From: an uncultured Eggerthellaceae bacterium
GTDB taxonomy: Bacteria; Actinomycetota; Coriobacteriia; Coriobacteriales; Eggerthellaceae
NCBI GenBank assembly: GCA_910589135.1
Contig: CAJUSL010000001.1
Span: forward strand, 68,058-132,057
Direction of reading: 5' to 3'
Length of the DNA stretch: 64,000 bases
Positions within the stretch are counted from its first letter, which is position 1, and every line of letters begins with the position of its first letter. The position numbers and the translations under genes were made by a program. Below are positions 26,726 through 34,901 of the stretch, one piece after another. The notes below the pieces were generated by a model. It saw nothing but the letters and a program-made list of their open reading frames with translations. It did no database searches and was not told where the DNA came from.

Positions 26726-26935
26726 ATGCCAAAAATGTGCCGTTTCGGGTCATTTCGCGACTGTTTCCTCTCGGGCATAGAAGTGGCATAGATCCCTGAA
26801 CTGGGCATTCTTGCAGTCTTGTTGCAGCTGCGGCTGTTCCAAGGAGAAAAAACGGTCGATTTCGGCTCAAAAACGACCCGAAACGGCAATTTTTTGGCAT
26901 CAATGCCTAGTTTTCTTGCGCAGGCTGCCAAAAGG
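26726..26935. repeat. Structured intergenic repeat element, copy B (inverted relative to copy A, composite)
   Basis: Arms ATGCCAAAAATGTGCCGTTTCGGGTC (26726-26751) and GACCCGAAACGGCAATTTTTTGGCAT (26875-26900) are complementary at 24 of 26 positions and separated by 123 bp. The core shares CTGCAAGAA(G/T)(T/G)CCCAG with copy A in reverse orientation. An extra ATGCC..TTTTCTTGCGC..TGCCAAAA unit follows. Confidence 0.55.
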
Positions 26936-27008
26936 GCTCTCTAGAGCAAGATTACGCTGTCGATCGAGGCCGGCGTCTGACCAAAGTGCGGCCGCAAGGA
27001 GGATCATC

Positions 27009-27206
27009 GTGTGCTATCCCTGTAAATGCTGCGGCAAATGCAAGCCCAAGATCGCCATGGGCCTGTGTCCGATATGCCGCACGCAAAACGACGAGGATGC
27101 CCGCACCTGCGAAGAGTGCGGATTCAGCTTCCCTCCCAAGCCGGGCACGCCCGGCGGCATCGTGGAGAGCAAGCCGCCGGTAGGAATGCGGGTACGGAAA
27201 CGGTAA
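27009..27206 (+). CDS. Small Cys-rich zinc-ribbon protein (65 aa), candidate gene
   Basis: GTG at 27009 lies 5 nt after the strong SD AAGGAGGA. The product is CYPCKCCGKCKPKIAMGLCPICRTQNDEDARTCEECGFSF (CxxC...CxxC ribbon plus an extra Cys cluster). The longer ORF-track version (26811) runs through the repeat element. Confidence 0.5.
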   Translation: MCYPCKCCGKCKPKIAMGLCPICRTQNDEDARTCEECGFSFPPKPGTPGGIVESKPPVGMRVRKR

Positions 27207-27266
27207 AGGTTCAATAGCTGTGTAGTGTTGCTGTGCTCCTTGTACGCGTGTTTGCATGAAGATAGA

Positions 27267-29978
27267 ATGGGGCGAACCATCGATGCTTCGACGGAGGCCC
27301 CGGAGAAGGCCGACAGCAACACCCCGGTGCAGGCCGGGCCCTTGCAGGCGAGCCGTCGCGCATCTCGCACTTCGCACGACGTCTCGAAAACCTCCACGAC
27401 GAAGGTGGGCACATTGGACCATTCATCAGACAGCCCGTTGGGCACTCCATTGGGCAATTCGCCAGACAGCACAGCGGGCGACGCACGCATGCAGGCCGAC
27501 GTCGAATCCGTGCGGCAGAACATTGTCGACATGGTTCGCCACAAGTTCGCGATACCCATCGAGGAGGCAACGCCGAACCAGGTTTACGAGGCGGTGGGCC
27601 TGTGCGTCCGCAACGACGTCCTGGACGCCTGGATTTCCGGGCGCACGGCCACGCAGCGCACCGGCGCGAAATGCCTCATCTACCTGTCGGCCGAGTTCCT
27701 CATCGGGCGCCTGCTGACGAACAACCTCATCAACATCGGCAAGCGCGACATCTACCGCGATGCACTTGCCCAGCTGGGCTACTCCCTCGACGCCATCGAG
27801 GAATGCGAAAGCGACCCCGCGCTTGGCAACGGGGGCCTCGGGCGCCTGGCCGCGTGCTTCCTGGACAGCCTGGCGACGATGGGCCTTCCCGCCATGGGGT
27901 ATGGCATCCGCTACGAGCACGGCTTCTTCCGCCAGCAGCTCGTCGACGGCCAGCAGGTGGAAGTCCCCGACACCTGGATGCTTCATGGCGACGTGTGGGA
28001 AACCGAGCGCAGCGACCGCATCTTCGAGGTGCGGTTCGGCGGCACGGTCGAGGAGAAGTGGGGCGGCGACGGCAACCTGTGCGTCGAGTACCACGACTAC
28101 CAGTCCGTTCTGGCGAAGCCTTACGACATGCCCGTCGTCGGGTTCCATTCGCCCTATATCGGCACGCTGCGGCTGTGGGCCGCCGTGGCGCCGAAGCAGC
28201 TCGACCTGGTCGAGTTCAATCGCGGCGACTACACGAACGCGGCGGCCGACCGCGAGCTCGCGGAATCCATCTCGAAGGTGCTGTACCCCGAGGACAGCCA
28301 TCCGCGCGGCAAGGAACTGCGCCTGCGTCAGCAGTATTTCCTGATTTCGGCCACCATGCAGCAGGTGGTCGACTCGCACAAGCGGCGCAACGGCGACCTG
28401 CGCACGCTGCCCGACACCATCGCCGTGCAGATCAACGACACGCACCCGACGCTGGCCATCCCCGAGCTCATCCGCATCCTCATCGACAACGAGGGCTTTT
28501 CCTGGGAAGAGGCCGTCGACGTCGCCGAGCGCACGTTCAACTACACGAATCACACCATCATGCCCGAGGCGCTGGAGAAGTGGCCCGCGTCCCTCATGCA
28601 GACGTTGCTTCCGCGCATCTACCGCATCATCGAGACCATCGATGCGCGTCTGCGCGACCGCATCTGGCAGCTGCATCCCGGCGATTCCGAGCGCATCGCG
28701 CGCATGGCCATCATCAACGACGGCCAGGTGCGCATGGCGAACCTGTGCGTGCTGATGAGCGGGCACGTCAACGGCGTCTCGCAGTTGCATGGGCGCCTGT
28801 TGAAGACGCAGCTGTTCCGCGACTTCTACACCACCAATCCCGACCGATTCCTGGGAATCACCAACGGCATCACGCAGCGACGGTGGCTGGCGGTGGCCAA
28901 CCCGGGGCTTGATGCGCTGGTGAACGACACTATCGGCGGCGGGTTCATGAGCGATTGGACGAAGCTGGCCGAACTTGCGCCCTATGCCGACGATCCCGTC
29001 TTCCGCGAGCAGTTTGCCCAGGTCAAGGCAGAGAACAAGCGCACGTTCGCAGAATGGCTCGAACGCACGCACGGCCTTGCGATCGACCCCGCGTCGTTCA
29101 TGGACGTGCAGGCGAAGCGGCTGCACGAGTACAAGCGGCAGCTGCTGAAGGCGCTGCATATCCTCAGCGTGTACGACGGCATCGTGGAGGGCCGCATCAC
29201 CGACATGCCGAAGACCACGTTCGTGTTCGCCGCGAAGGCCGCGCCGGGGTACTGCCGTGCCAAGGACATCATTCGTCTGATCAGCGCCATTTCGAACCTC
29301 GTGGCCTCAGACGAGCGCACGCGCGACGTCATCTCGGTGGTGTTCGTGCCGAACTACGACGTGAGCACGGCCCAGCATCTCATTCCTGCCACCGACCTGT
29401 CCGAGCAGATTTCAACCGCCGGACTGGAGGCGTCGGGCACGGGCAACATGAAGTTCATGATGAACGGCGCGCTGACCATCGGCACGATGGACGGCGCCAA
29501 CATCGAGATGTCCGAGCAGGTGGGGCCGGAGAATATGTTCATCTTCGGGGCGCGCGTCGAAGACCTCGACCGCATGCGCGAGGAAGGCACGTACGACCCG
29601 CAGGCACTTATGCGCGCCGACGCCCGGCTCGAGAAGGCGCTTGCCCGTCTGGTTGACGGAAGCCTGCCCACGGCCGACGGCAGCCGTTTCGAGGACCTGC
29701 ATCACTCGCTGGTGCAGCCCGGTGGCGACCAGTATTTCGTGCTGCACGACTTCGACGCGTACGACAAGGCGTTCTGGGAGGCGCAGCGCGTGTATGGCGA
29801 CCGCGACGAGTGGCTGAGGCGTGCGGTGCTGAATACGGCGCGCTCGGGCTACTTCAGCTCCGACCGCACCATCGCGGAATACAACGACGCCATCTGGCAT
29901 CTTGAGCCGGTGGGGGTCGAAGAGGATGCGCAGAGCGCCGAAGGTGCATCGGCGGAACGCGTGCATGGCGAGGCGTAG
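27267..29978 (+). CDS. glgP: Glycogen/maltodextrin phosphorylase (GT35)
   Basis: PLP-Lys motif EASGTGNMKFMMNGALTIGTMDGANIEM, and conserved blocks LGNGGLGRLAACFLDS. The start is uncertain: ATG 27267 or ATG 27489. The first ~75 aa are low-complexity. Confidence 0.9.
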   Translation: MGRTIDASTEAPEKADSNTPVQAGPLQASRRASRTSHDVSKTSTTKVGTLDHSSDSPLGTPLGNSPDSTAGDARMQADVESVRQNIVDMVRHKFAIPIEEATPNQVYEAVGLCVRNDVLDAWISGRTATQRTGAKCLIYLSAEFLIGRLLTNNLINIGKRDIYRDALAQLGYSLDAIEECESDPALGNGGLGRLAACFLDSLATMGLPAMGYGIRYEHGFFRQQLVDGQQVEVPDTWMLHGDVWETERSDRIFEVRFGGTVEEKWGGDGNLCVEYHDYQSVLAKPYDMPVVGFHSPYIGTLRLWAAVAPKQLDLVEFNRGDYTNAAADRELAESISKVLYPEDSHPRGKELRLRQQYFLISATMQQVVDSHKRRNGDLRTLPDTIAVQINDTHPTLAIPELIRILIDNEGFSWEEAVDVAERTFNYTNHTIMPEALEKWPASLMQTLLPRIYRIIETIDARLRDRIWQLHPGDSERIARMAIINDGQVRMANLCVLMSGHVNGVSQLHGRLLKTQLFRDFYTTNPDRFLGITNGITQRRWLAVANPGLDALVNDTIGGGFMSDWTKLAELAPYADDPVFREQFAQVKAENKRTFAEWLERTHGLAIDPASFMDVQAKRLHEYKRQLLKALHILSVYDGIVEGRITDMPKTTFVFAAKAAPGYCRAKDIIRLISAISNLVASDERTRDVISVVFVPNYDVSTAQHLIPATDLSEQISTAGLEASGTGNMKFMMNGALTIGTMDGANIEMSEQVGPENMFIFGARVEDLDRMREEGTYDPQALMRADARLEKALARLVDGSLPTADGSRFEDLHHSLVQPGGDQYFVLHDFDAYDKAFWEAQRVYGDRDEWLRRAVLNTARSGYFSSDRTIAEYNDAIWHLEPVGVEEDAQSAEGASAERVHGEA

Positions 29979-29984
29979 CCCCCT

Positions 29985-32900
29985 TTGACCGACCTCGCCC
30001 ATCTGACACGAGCGTTTTCGCACGACCCGGTGCGCAGGCAGGACCGCTCGCCTGCGGGTGCGGTTCCGGCCGGCACGCAGGTCGATTTGGTTCTGCGGGC
30101 GGAAGCGGCCGTACGTGGCTGCGTGCACGAGGCGTTGCTGGTGGTCGACGATGCGCAGGGCGACACCGTGGGCAGCACGCCGATGGAGGCGTGCGCGGAA
30201 GGATACCGGGCGCGCGTGGACACGGCGGGCGAGCCGCGCGTTCTGTTCTACTGGTTCGTCGTGCGCACCGACGCGGGCGCCATCGTGCACGGTGCCAGGC
30301 AGGACGGCCTTGCGACGGCGGGCAGTTCGAGGGTGTGCCAGATGTGCCGGGAGACGCATGCTCTCGACGTGCTCGGCGACGATGGGGACAGGATTCGCTG
30401 TCGCGACGGAGCCGACGTGGCGGAGTGGCCGGGCCCTATTGCCGCACCTTTCCAGCTGACGGCGTACGACCCGGCGTTCGCGACACCGGATTGGTACGCG
30501 GGCAGCGTCATGTACCAGATATTCCCCGACAGGTTCGCCCGAGGCGTCGAAGGCATTCGTCGCGATGGGGTGGAATCGCACGTGCGCCGCGGGTGGCCCG
30601 TGCAGCTGCACGAGGACTGGAACGAGCCGCCTGCCTGGGGAGACTCTTACGATCCGGTCGATTTTTTCGGGGGGACGTTCGCTGGCATCGAGCAGAGGCT
30701 GGACTATCTGGCGTCGCTCGGCGTTGGCACCGTGTATCTGAACCCCATCTGCGAGGCGCGGTCCAACCATCGCTACGACACGGGCGACTATCGGCAGGTC
30801 GACCCCATTCTGGGCACGTGGGAAGACTTCGAGCGCTTGAGCGAAGCGGCCGCTAAGCGTGGGATCCGCATCGTTTTGGACACCGTGCTGTCGCACACGG
30901 GCGCCGCCAGCCGCTATTTCAATCTGGACGGATCGTACGACTCGCTGGGAGCGGCGCAGGACGAATGCTCGCCCTACCGTTCGTGGTACGACTTCGCGCA
31001 CCCCACGCAGTACGCGCCCTACCGCTGCTGGTGGAACGACCCCACGCTTCCCGAAGTCGAGGAACACGATCCCTCTTGGCAGGCTTTCGTGTTCGGGGAC
31101 GGCCTTCTGGCCGAATGGGTTCGCCATGGAGCCGGCGGCTTGCGTTTGGACGTGGCCGACGAGATTCCCGACGACGTGCTGGAGAAAGTGCGCCAGGCCG
31201 TCAAGGCCGCGTCGCCCGATGCCGTCGTCATCGGCGAGGTGTGGGAAGACCCCACCACCAAGGAAAGCTACGGCGCGCGTCGCACGTACGCGCTGGGCCG
31301 GTCGCTCGACACGGTGATGAACTACCCGTTGCGCGCGAGCCTTCTGCGGTTCGCGCTCGGGCACACGGACGCCCCGCAGCTCGCCACCTTCCTCAAGATG
31401 CAGCAATCGAACTACCCGGCCCCGCTGCACCGCGGGCTGATGAACCTGCTTTCGACGCACGACGTGGAGCGCGTGCGCAGCGTGCTCGATTTGGGCATGG
31501 AGTTCCGCGACCGGCCGCGCGACGAGCAGGCGGCCCTGGTGGCCGGCATCGACAGCGAGGCCGACGCGCGTGGCGCGCTGCTGCAGCGCCTGCTTGCCTG
31601 CATCATATATATGCTGCCGGGCGTGCCATGCCTGTATTACGGCGACGAGCGCGGCATGCAGGGAGGCCGCGATCCGTTCGACCGGGCGACGTTTCCCTGG
31701 GACGGCGAGCGGGCCGACTGCGGGCGCGACGTGACCGGCTTTTATCGGGCGCTTGGGAAGCTGCGTTCGCGGTCCGAGGTGTTGAAGCGGGGAAGCGCGG
31801 CGTTCTATTCCTACGGGAAGGACGTCGCATGCGTCTTGCGCATGGCGGCCGAAGGCGTGACGCTCGACGGCGCCTTGCTGTGCGTCGCCAACCGCTCCGA
31901 CGAGCAGGTTGACTTCGTGATCGACCTGGTGGATGCATCCGCCGGGCTTTCTGCTGCCGAAGCGCGCGCCTTGCGGTTCGACGGGGCCGTGCCGCGCTGC
32001 GTGCTGGCCACCGACGAAAGCGGCAACCTGCCTGCATGGAAGGCAACCCTGGAGGACGGCATCTTCCGCAGCACGGTGGGGCCGCGCCAGGCATGCGTGT
32101 TCCGGCTTGACGCCGGTTTGCAGAAGCCGCTCGGCAAGGGGCTCGGCGTCATCTGCCACATCACGTCGGTTCCCAACGAAGACGCTGTGGGCGGGCGAGT
32201 CGGCCCTGGCACGCTGGGTGCTCCGGCGAAGCGGTTCGTCGACGTGCTTGCGAAGCATGGCGTGCGCTACTGGCAGATTCTGCCGCTGAACCCCACCGAC
32301 GAATACGGCTCGCCCTATGCGGGGCTGTCGGCTTTCGCCGGCAACACGCGCCTGCTCGAAGCCGGCACCGTGCTTGACGACGCGGTTGCGGACACGGCTG
32401 CTTGCCGGGCCTTCGTCGAGGCAAACCGTGAGTGGCTGGTTCCCTATGCGACGTTCGTTGCCATCAAGCGGGAAACCGGCGGCGCGCTTTGGCGCGACTG
32501 GCCCGAACGCTATCGCCGCTGGACGCCGGCGCTTGCCAACGATCCTGCGCTCGCCGACGGCATCCGTGCCGAGTGCGTGCGTCAGTTCGCGTTCGACCAG
32601 CAGTGGCGCGACCTGCGCGTTTATGCCAGCCAGCGCGGCGTGAGCATCGTCGGCGACCTGCCCATGTACGTGTCGGCCGATTCCGCCGACGCCTGGGTGC
32701 ATCCGGAATACCTGGCGCTTGACGCGGAGGGACGCTTGACCAGCCAAGGCGGCGTGCCGCCCGACCAGTTCTCGGCCGAGGGCCAGCTGTGGGGCAACCC
32801 TACGTACGACTGGGACGCGCTTGCCGCCAACGGCTACGACTGGTGGCTCGCCCGGTTCCAGCGCGCGTTCGAATGGTACGACTTCGTGCGCATCGACCAC

Positions 32901-33434
32901 TTCCTGGGCTTCGAGTCGTACTATGCCGTGCCTGCCGGCGCGCAGGCGACCGAAGGCGCGTGGCTGCCTGGGCCGGGCATCGAGCTGTTCCGCGCGGCCT
33001 ACGAACGCTTCGGCCCGCTGCCCGTCATCGCCGAGGACCTGGGCATCGTCACGCCGCAGGTGCAGCAGCTGCTGGCCGAGACCGGCTTTACCGGCATGGA
33101 CGTCGTACAGTTCTTCGACGGCGACCCCGTGCAATGGTGGCAGCCGCAGCCGGGGAAGGCGTGCTTCACCAGCACGCACGACACGCAGACGCTGCTGGGT
33201 TGGGTGAAGCGGCGCTACGGCCTTGGGGGCGCGGGCGAGGACGGGGCGCGGGAGGCAAGGCGCATCGCCGACGAGCTGATGGCGCGCGTGACGTCTTCGG
33301 ATGCGGGCGTGGCGTTCGTGTCGCTGCAGGACGTGCTGCGCCTGGACGATGCGGCGCGCATGAACGTGCCCGGCACGGCGGAAGGAAACTGGGCCTGGCA
33401 GGCCACGCAGCGCGACCTCGACCGGTGGGAATAG
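29985..33434 (+). CDS. malQ: Bifunctional GH13 alpha-amylase-family domain fused to GH77 4-alpha-glucanotransferase (MalQ), 1149 aa
   Basis: N-terminal half is GH13: YQIFPDRFARG, GVGTVYLNPI, GLRLDVADEIP, IGEVWED. The C-terminal ~430 aa are amylomaltase: GVICHITSVP...WQILPLNPTDEYGSPYAGLSAFAGN...RIDHFLGF. Putative TTG start 6 nt after the glgP stop. Confidence 0.85.
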   Translation: MTDLAHLTRAFSHDPVRRQDRSPAGAVPAGTQVDLVLRAEAAVRGCVHEALLVVDDAQGDTVGSTPMEACAEGYRARVDTAGEPRVLFYWFVVRTDAGAIVHGARQDGLATAGSSRVCQMCRETHALDVLGDDGDRIRCRDGADVAEWPGPIAAPFQLTAYDPAFATPDWYAGSVMYQIFPDRFARGVEGIRRDGVESHVRRGWPVQLHEDWNEPPAWGDSYDPVDFFGGTFAGIEQRLDYLASLGVGTVYLNPICEARSNHRYDTGDYRQVDPILGTWEDFERLSEAAAKRGIRIVLDTVLSHTGAASRYFNLDGSYDSLGAAQDECSPYRSWYDFAHPTQYAPYRCWWNDPTLPEVEEHDPSWQAFVFGDGLLAEWVRHGAGGLRLDVADEIPDDVLEKVRQAVKAASPDAVVIGEVWEDPTTKESYGARRTYALGRSLDTVMNYPLRASLLRFALGHTDAPQLATFLKMQQSNYPAPLHRGLMNLLSTHDVERVRSVLDLGMEFRDRPRDEQAALVAGIDSEADARGALLQRLLACIIYMLPGVPCLYYGDERGMQGGRDPFDRATFPWDGERADCGRDVTGFYRALGKLRSRSEVLKRGSAAFYSYGKDVACVLRMAAEGVTLDGALLCVANRSDEQVDFVIDLVDASAGLSAAEARALRFDGAVPRCVLATDESGNLPAWKATLEDGIFRSTVGPRQACVFRLDAGLQKPLGKGLGVICHITSVPNEDAVGGRVGPGTLGAPAKRFVDVLAKHGVRYWQILPLNPTDEYGSPYAGLSAFAGNTRLLEAGTVLDDAVADTAACRAFVEANREWLVPYATFVAIKRETGGALWRDWPERYRRWTPALANDPALADGIRAECVRQFAFDQQWRDLRVYASQRGVSIVGDLPMYVSADSADAWVHPEYLALDAEGRLTSQGGVPPDQFSAEGQLWGNPTYDWDALAANGYDWWLARFQRAFEWYDFVRIDHFLGFESYYAVPAGAQATEGAWLPGPGIELFRAAYERFGPLPVIAEDLGIVTPQVQQLLAETGFTGMDVVQFFDGDPVQWWQPQPGKACFTSTHDTQTLLGWVKRRYGLGGAGEDGAREARRIADELMARVTSSDAGVAFVSLQDVLRLDDAARMNVPGTAEGNWAWQATQRDLDRWE

Positions 33435-33473
33435 CCGGCCCCTCGCCGTCCGGCTGCCCGGTGTCGGGCGTTG

Positions 33474-34802
33474 TTAGCCGCCTTGCAGTTCCCCTTCCAG
33501 GACCTCGGTGCCTTCCAGGATCTCGGTGAGGATCGTGTCGCGGTTGAGGGGCTTCCCCGAGATCACGCGGTTCGCCACATCCTGAAACGCCTCGACCAGC
33601 TCGGTTGCACAGAAGAGCCGATGTTTCGAAAGGCGTCCGCTTTCTGCGATGTATCCGCACTTCAACAGCGCGTGCATGGCGTTGTTCGTCGCCGAGAAGC
33701 TTCGGTCGAGCTTTTCGGCTGCGATGGCTACGGTAAGGTAGGGCCATTCCAGGAACAGCTTCGCAAGGTCCATCACGGTGGAGTCGCTGCGCACGGCGTC
33801 GATTTTCTTCTGCGCATTCGTCCACAAGGCGTCCAGCACGTTCATGCAGATCTGGGCGACCCTGGTCGATATGTTCGTGCAGAACGCCGTGGACTGGAAC
33901 ACCGCCTTCACGATTTCGGGCGTGAAGGAGCCTTTGGCGATGCTCGTCATGTTGCTGGCAATGGACTGGGTGTGCTGCTTGACGTTGAGGGAAGGGCCGA
34001 CGGCGAGGGGGGCGATGGAGCCCGTCAGCAGGCCCCTTCGGTAGAACACCACGTACGAGAAAATCCGCTCGAACGCATCGAGGTTTCCGGCGTACGGCTT
34101 CATGAGCTGCAGGTGGGCGTGCGACAATTCGGCTTGGACCGACACCAGCAAGGTGTTCGAGTTGACCAGGTCGACATATTCCCGAAGCAGCTCGTCGTAC
34201 TGCTCGTTGCCGAAAGCGGGGCCTTCCCTTGCGTCGGGTTCGAAGTCGTCGATGCCGGACTCTTCCAGGTCGGAAAGCAGCCCGATTTCGCTTTCGTTGT
34301 AAAGGCGTCTGACTGCGCTGAAGATGTTCTGATCGATGTGCATCCCGGCGCCAATGTTCCGAGAAACCCATTCGACGGTTTTCATGTACCGATAGCAGAC
34401 GACGTCGCCGAGCCCGTTTGCGAGCCCGGACTTTTTGGCGAGCCTGACGAGCGAGGTGTTGTCGTCGTCCGAGAACGGGGAGTTCATCACCGCCGCCTCG
34501 AGGGTTGCAACGTCTTCGTACCGCACGCGCCTTCCGTCGATGCTGCTCGAGCAAATCGCATCGATCCGCAGCAGCTGCCGTTTCAGAGCGGTCCGCAGCT
34601 TGCATTTCGATGCCATGGCGTCGAAATGCGCAAGCTTCGATTCCGACGACGCCAGGACGCCGGCAGTGTCTAGGTCGATGAATATGCCTTCATATCGCGG
34701 AAGCTTTGTCACAGCCGACTCTCTCGATAGGCCAATCAATGCGGCAAACCATCTCATGAACAGGGAAATTATATTGCGGAATACGGGGGCAAGCTGCAAC
34801 AT
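33474..34802 (-). CDS. Fic_N/Fic-like protein with a degenerate active-site motif and a C-terminal winged-helix-like domain
   Basis: RIDAICSSSIDG resembles the Fic N-terminal SSxIEG motif. The core position reads MKPYAGNLDAFER where canonical HPFxDGNGRxxR is expected. The C-terminus LTVAIAAEKLDRSFSATNNAMHALLKCGYI looks wHTH-like. Start assigned to ATG 34802 (GGGGGA upstream). Confidence 0.55.
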   Translation of the reverse strand: MLQLAPVFRNIISLFMRWFAALIGLSRESAVTKLPRYEGIFIDLDTAGVLASSESKLAHFDAMASKCKLRTALKRQLLRIDAICSSSIDGRRVRYEDVATLEAAVMNSPFSDDDNTSLVRLAKKSGLANGLGDVVCYRYMKTVEWVSRNIGAGMHIDQNIFSAVRRLYNESEIGLLSDLEESGIDDFEPDAREGPAFGNEQYDELLREYVDLVNSNTLLVSVQAELSHAHLQLMKPYAGNLDAFERIFSYVVFYRRGLLTGSIAPLAVGPSLNVKQHTQSIASNMTSIAKGSFTPEIVKAVFQSTAFCTNISTRVAQICMNVLDALWTNAQKKIDAVRSDSTVMDLAKLFLEWPYLTVAIAAEKLDRSFSATNNAMHALLKCGYIAESGRLSKHRLFCATELVEAFQDVANRVISGKPLNRDTILTEILEGTEVLEGELQGG

Positions 34803-34850
34803 TGCAACTTCCCCCGTAGCCTGCAATGAGTCGGGCCAGCAACAGACTAT

Positions 34851-34862
34851 TCTTCATGAAGA
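34851..34862. promoter_or_regulatory. Perfect 12-bp palindrome in the divergent promoter region of cassette 2
   Basis: TCTTCATGAAGA lies between the Fic-like gene (start 34802) and the Mo-enzyme gene (start 34902). Confidence 0.25.
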
Positions 34863-34901
34863 TAACACACGGCGCGCGAAGCGCTCCATATCATCTCCCC
34901 A

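Noticed and set aside
26370-26780. 136-aa ORF (and other ORFs such as 26336..26698) filling the 26312-27008 gap.
   Set aside because: The translations are Arg/Cys/Leu-rich and run through the tandem and direct repeats. There is no SD and no family motif, so the region is treated as non-coding.
27225-27488. Long low-complexity N-terminal extension of GlgP (and the TTG start at 27225).
   Set aside because: The conserved phosphorylase sequence starts only after about aa 89 of the track ORF. I kept ATG 27267 as the provisional start and flagged 27489 as an alternative. The extension itself is not claimed as a domain.
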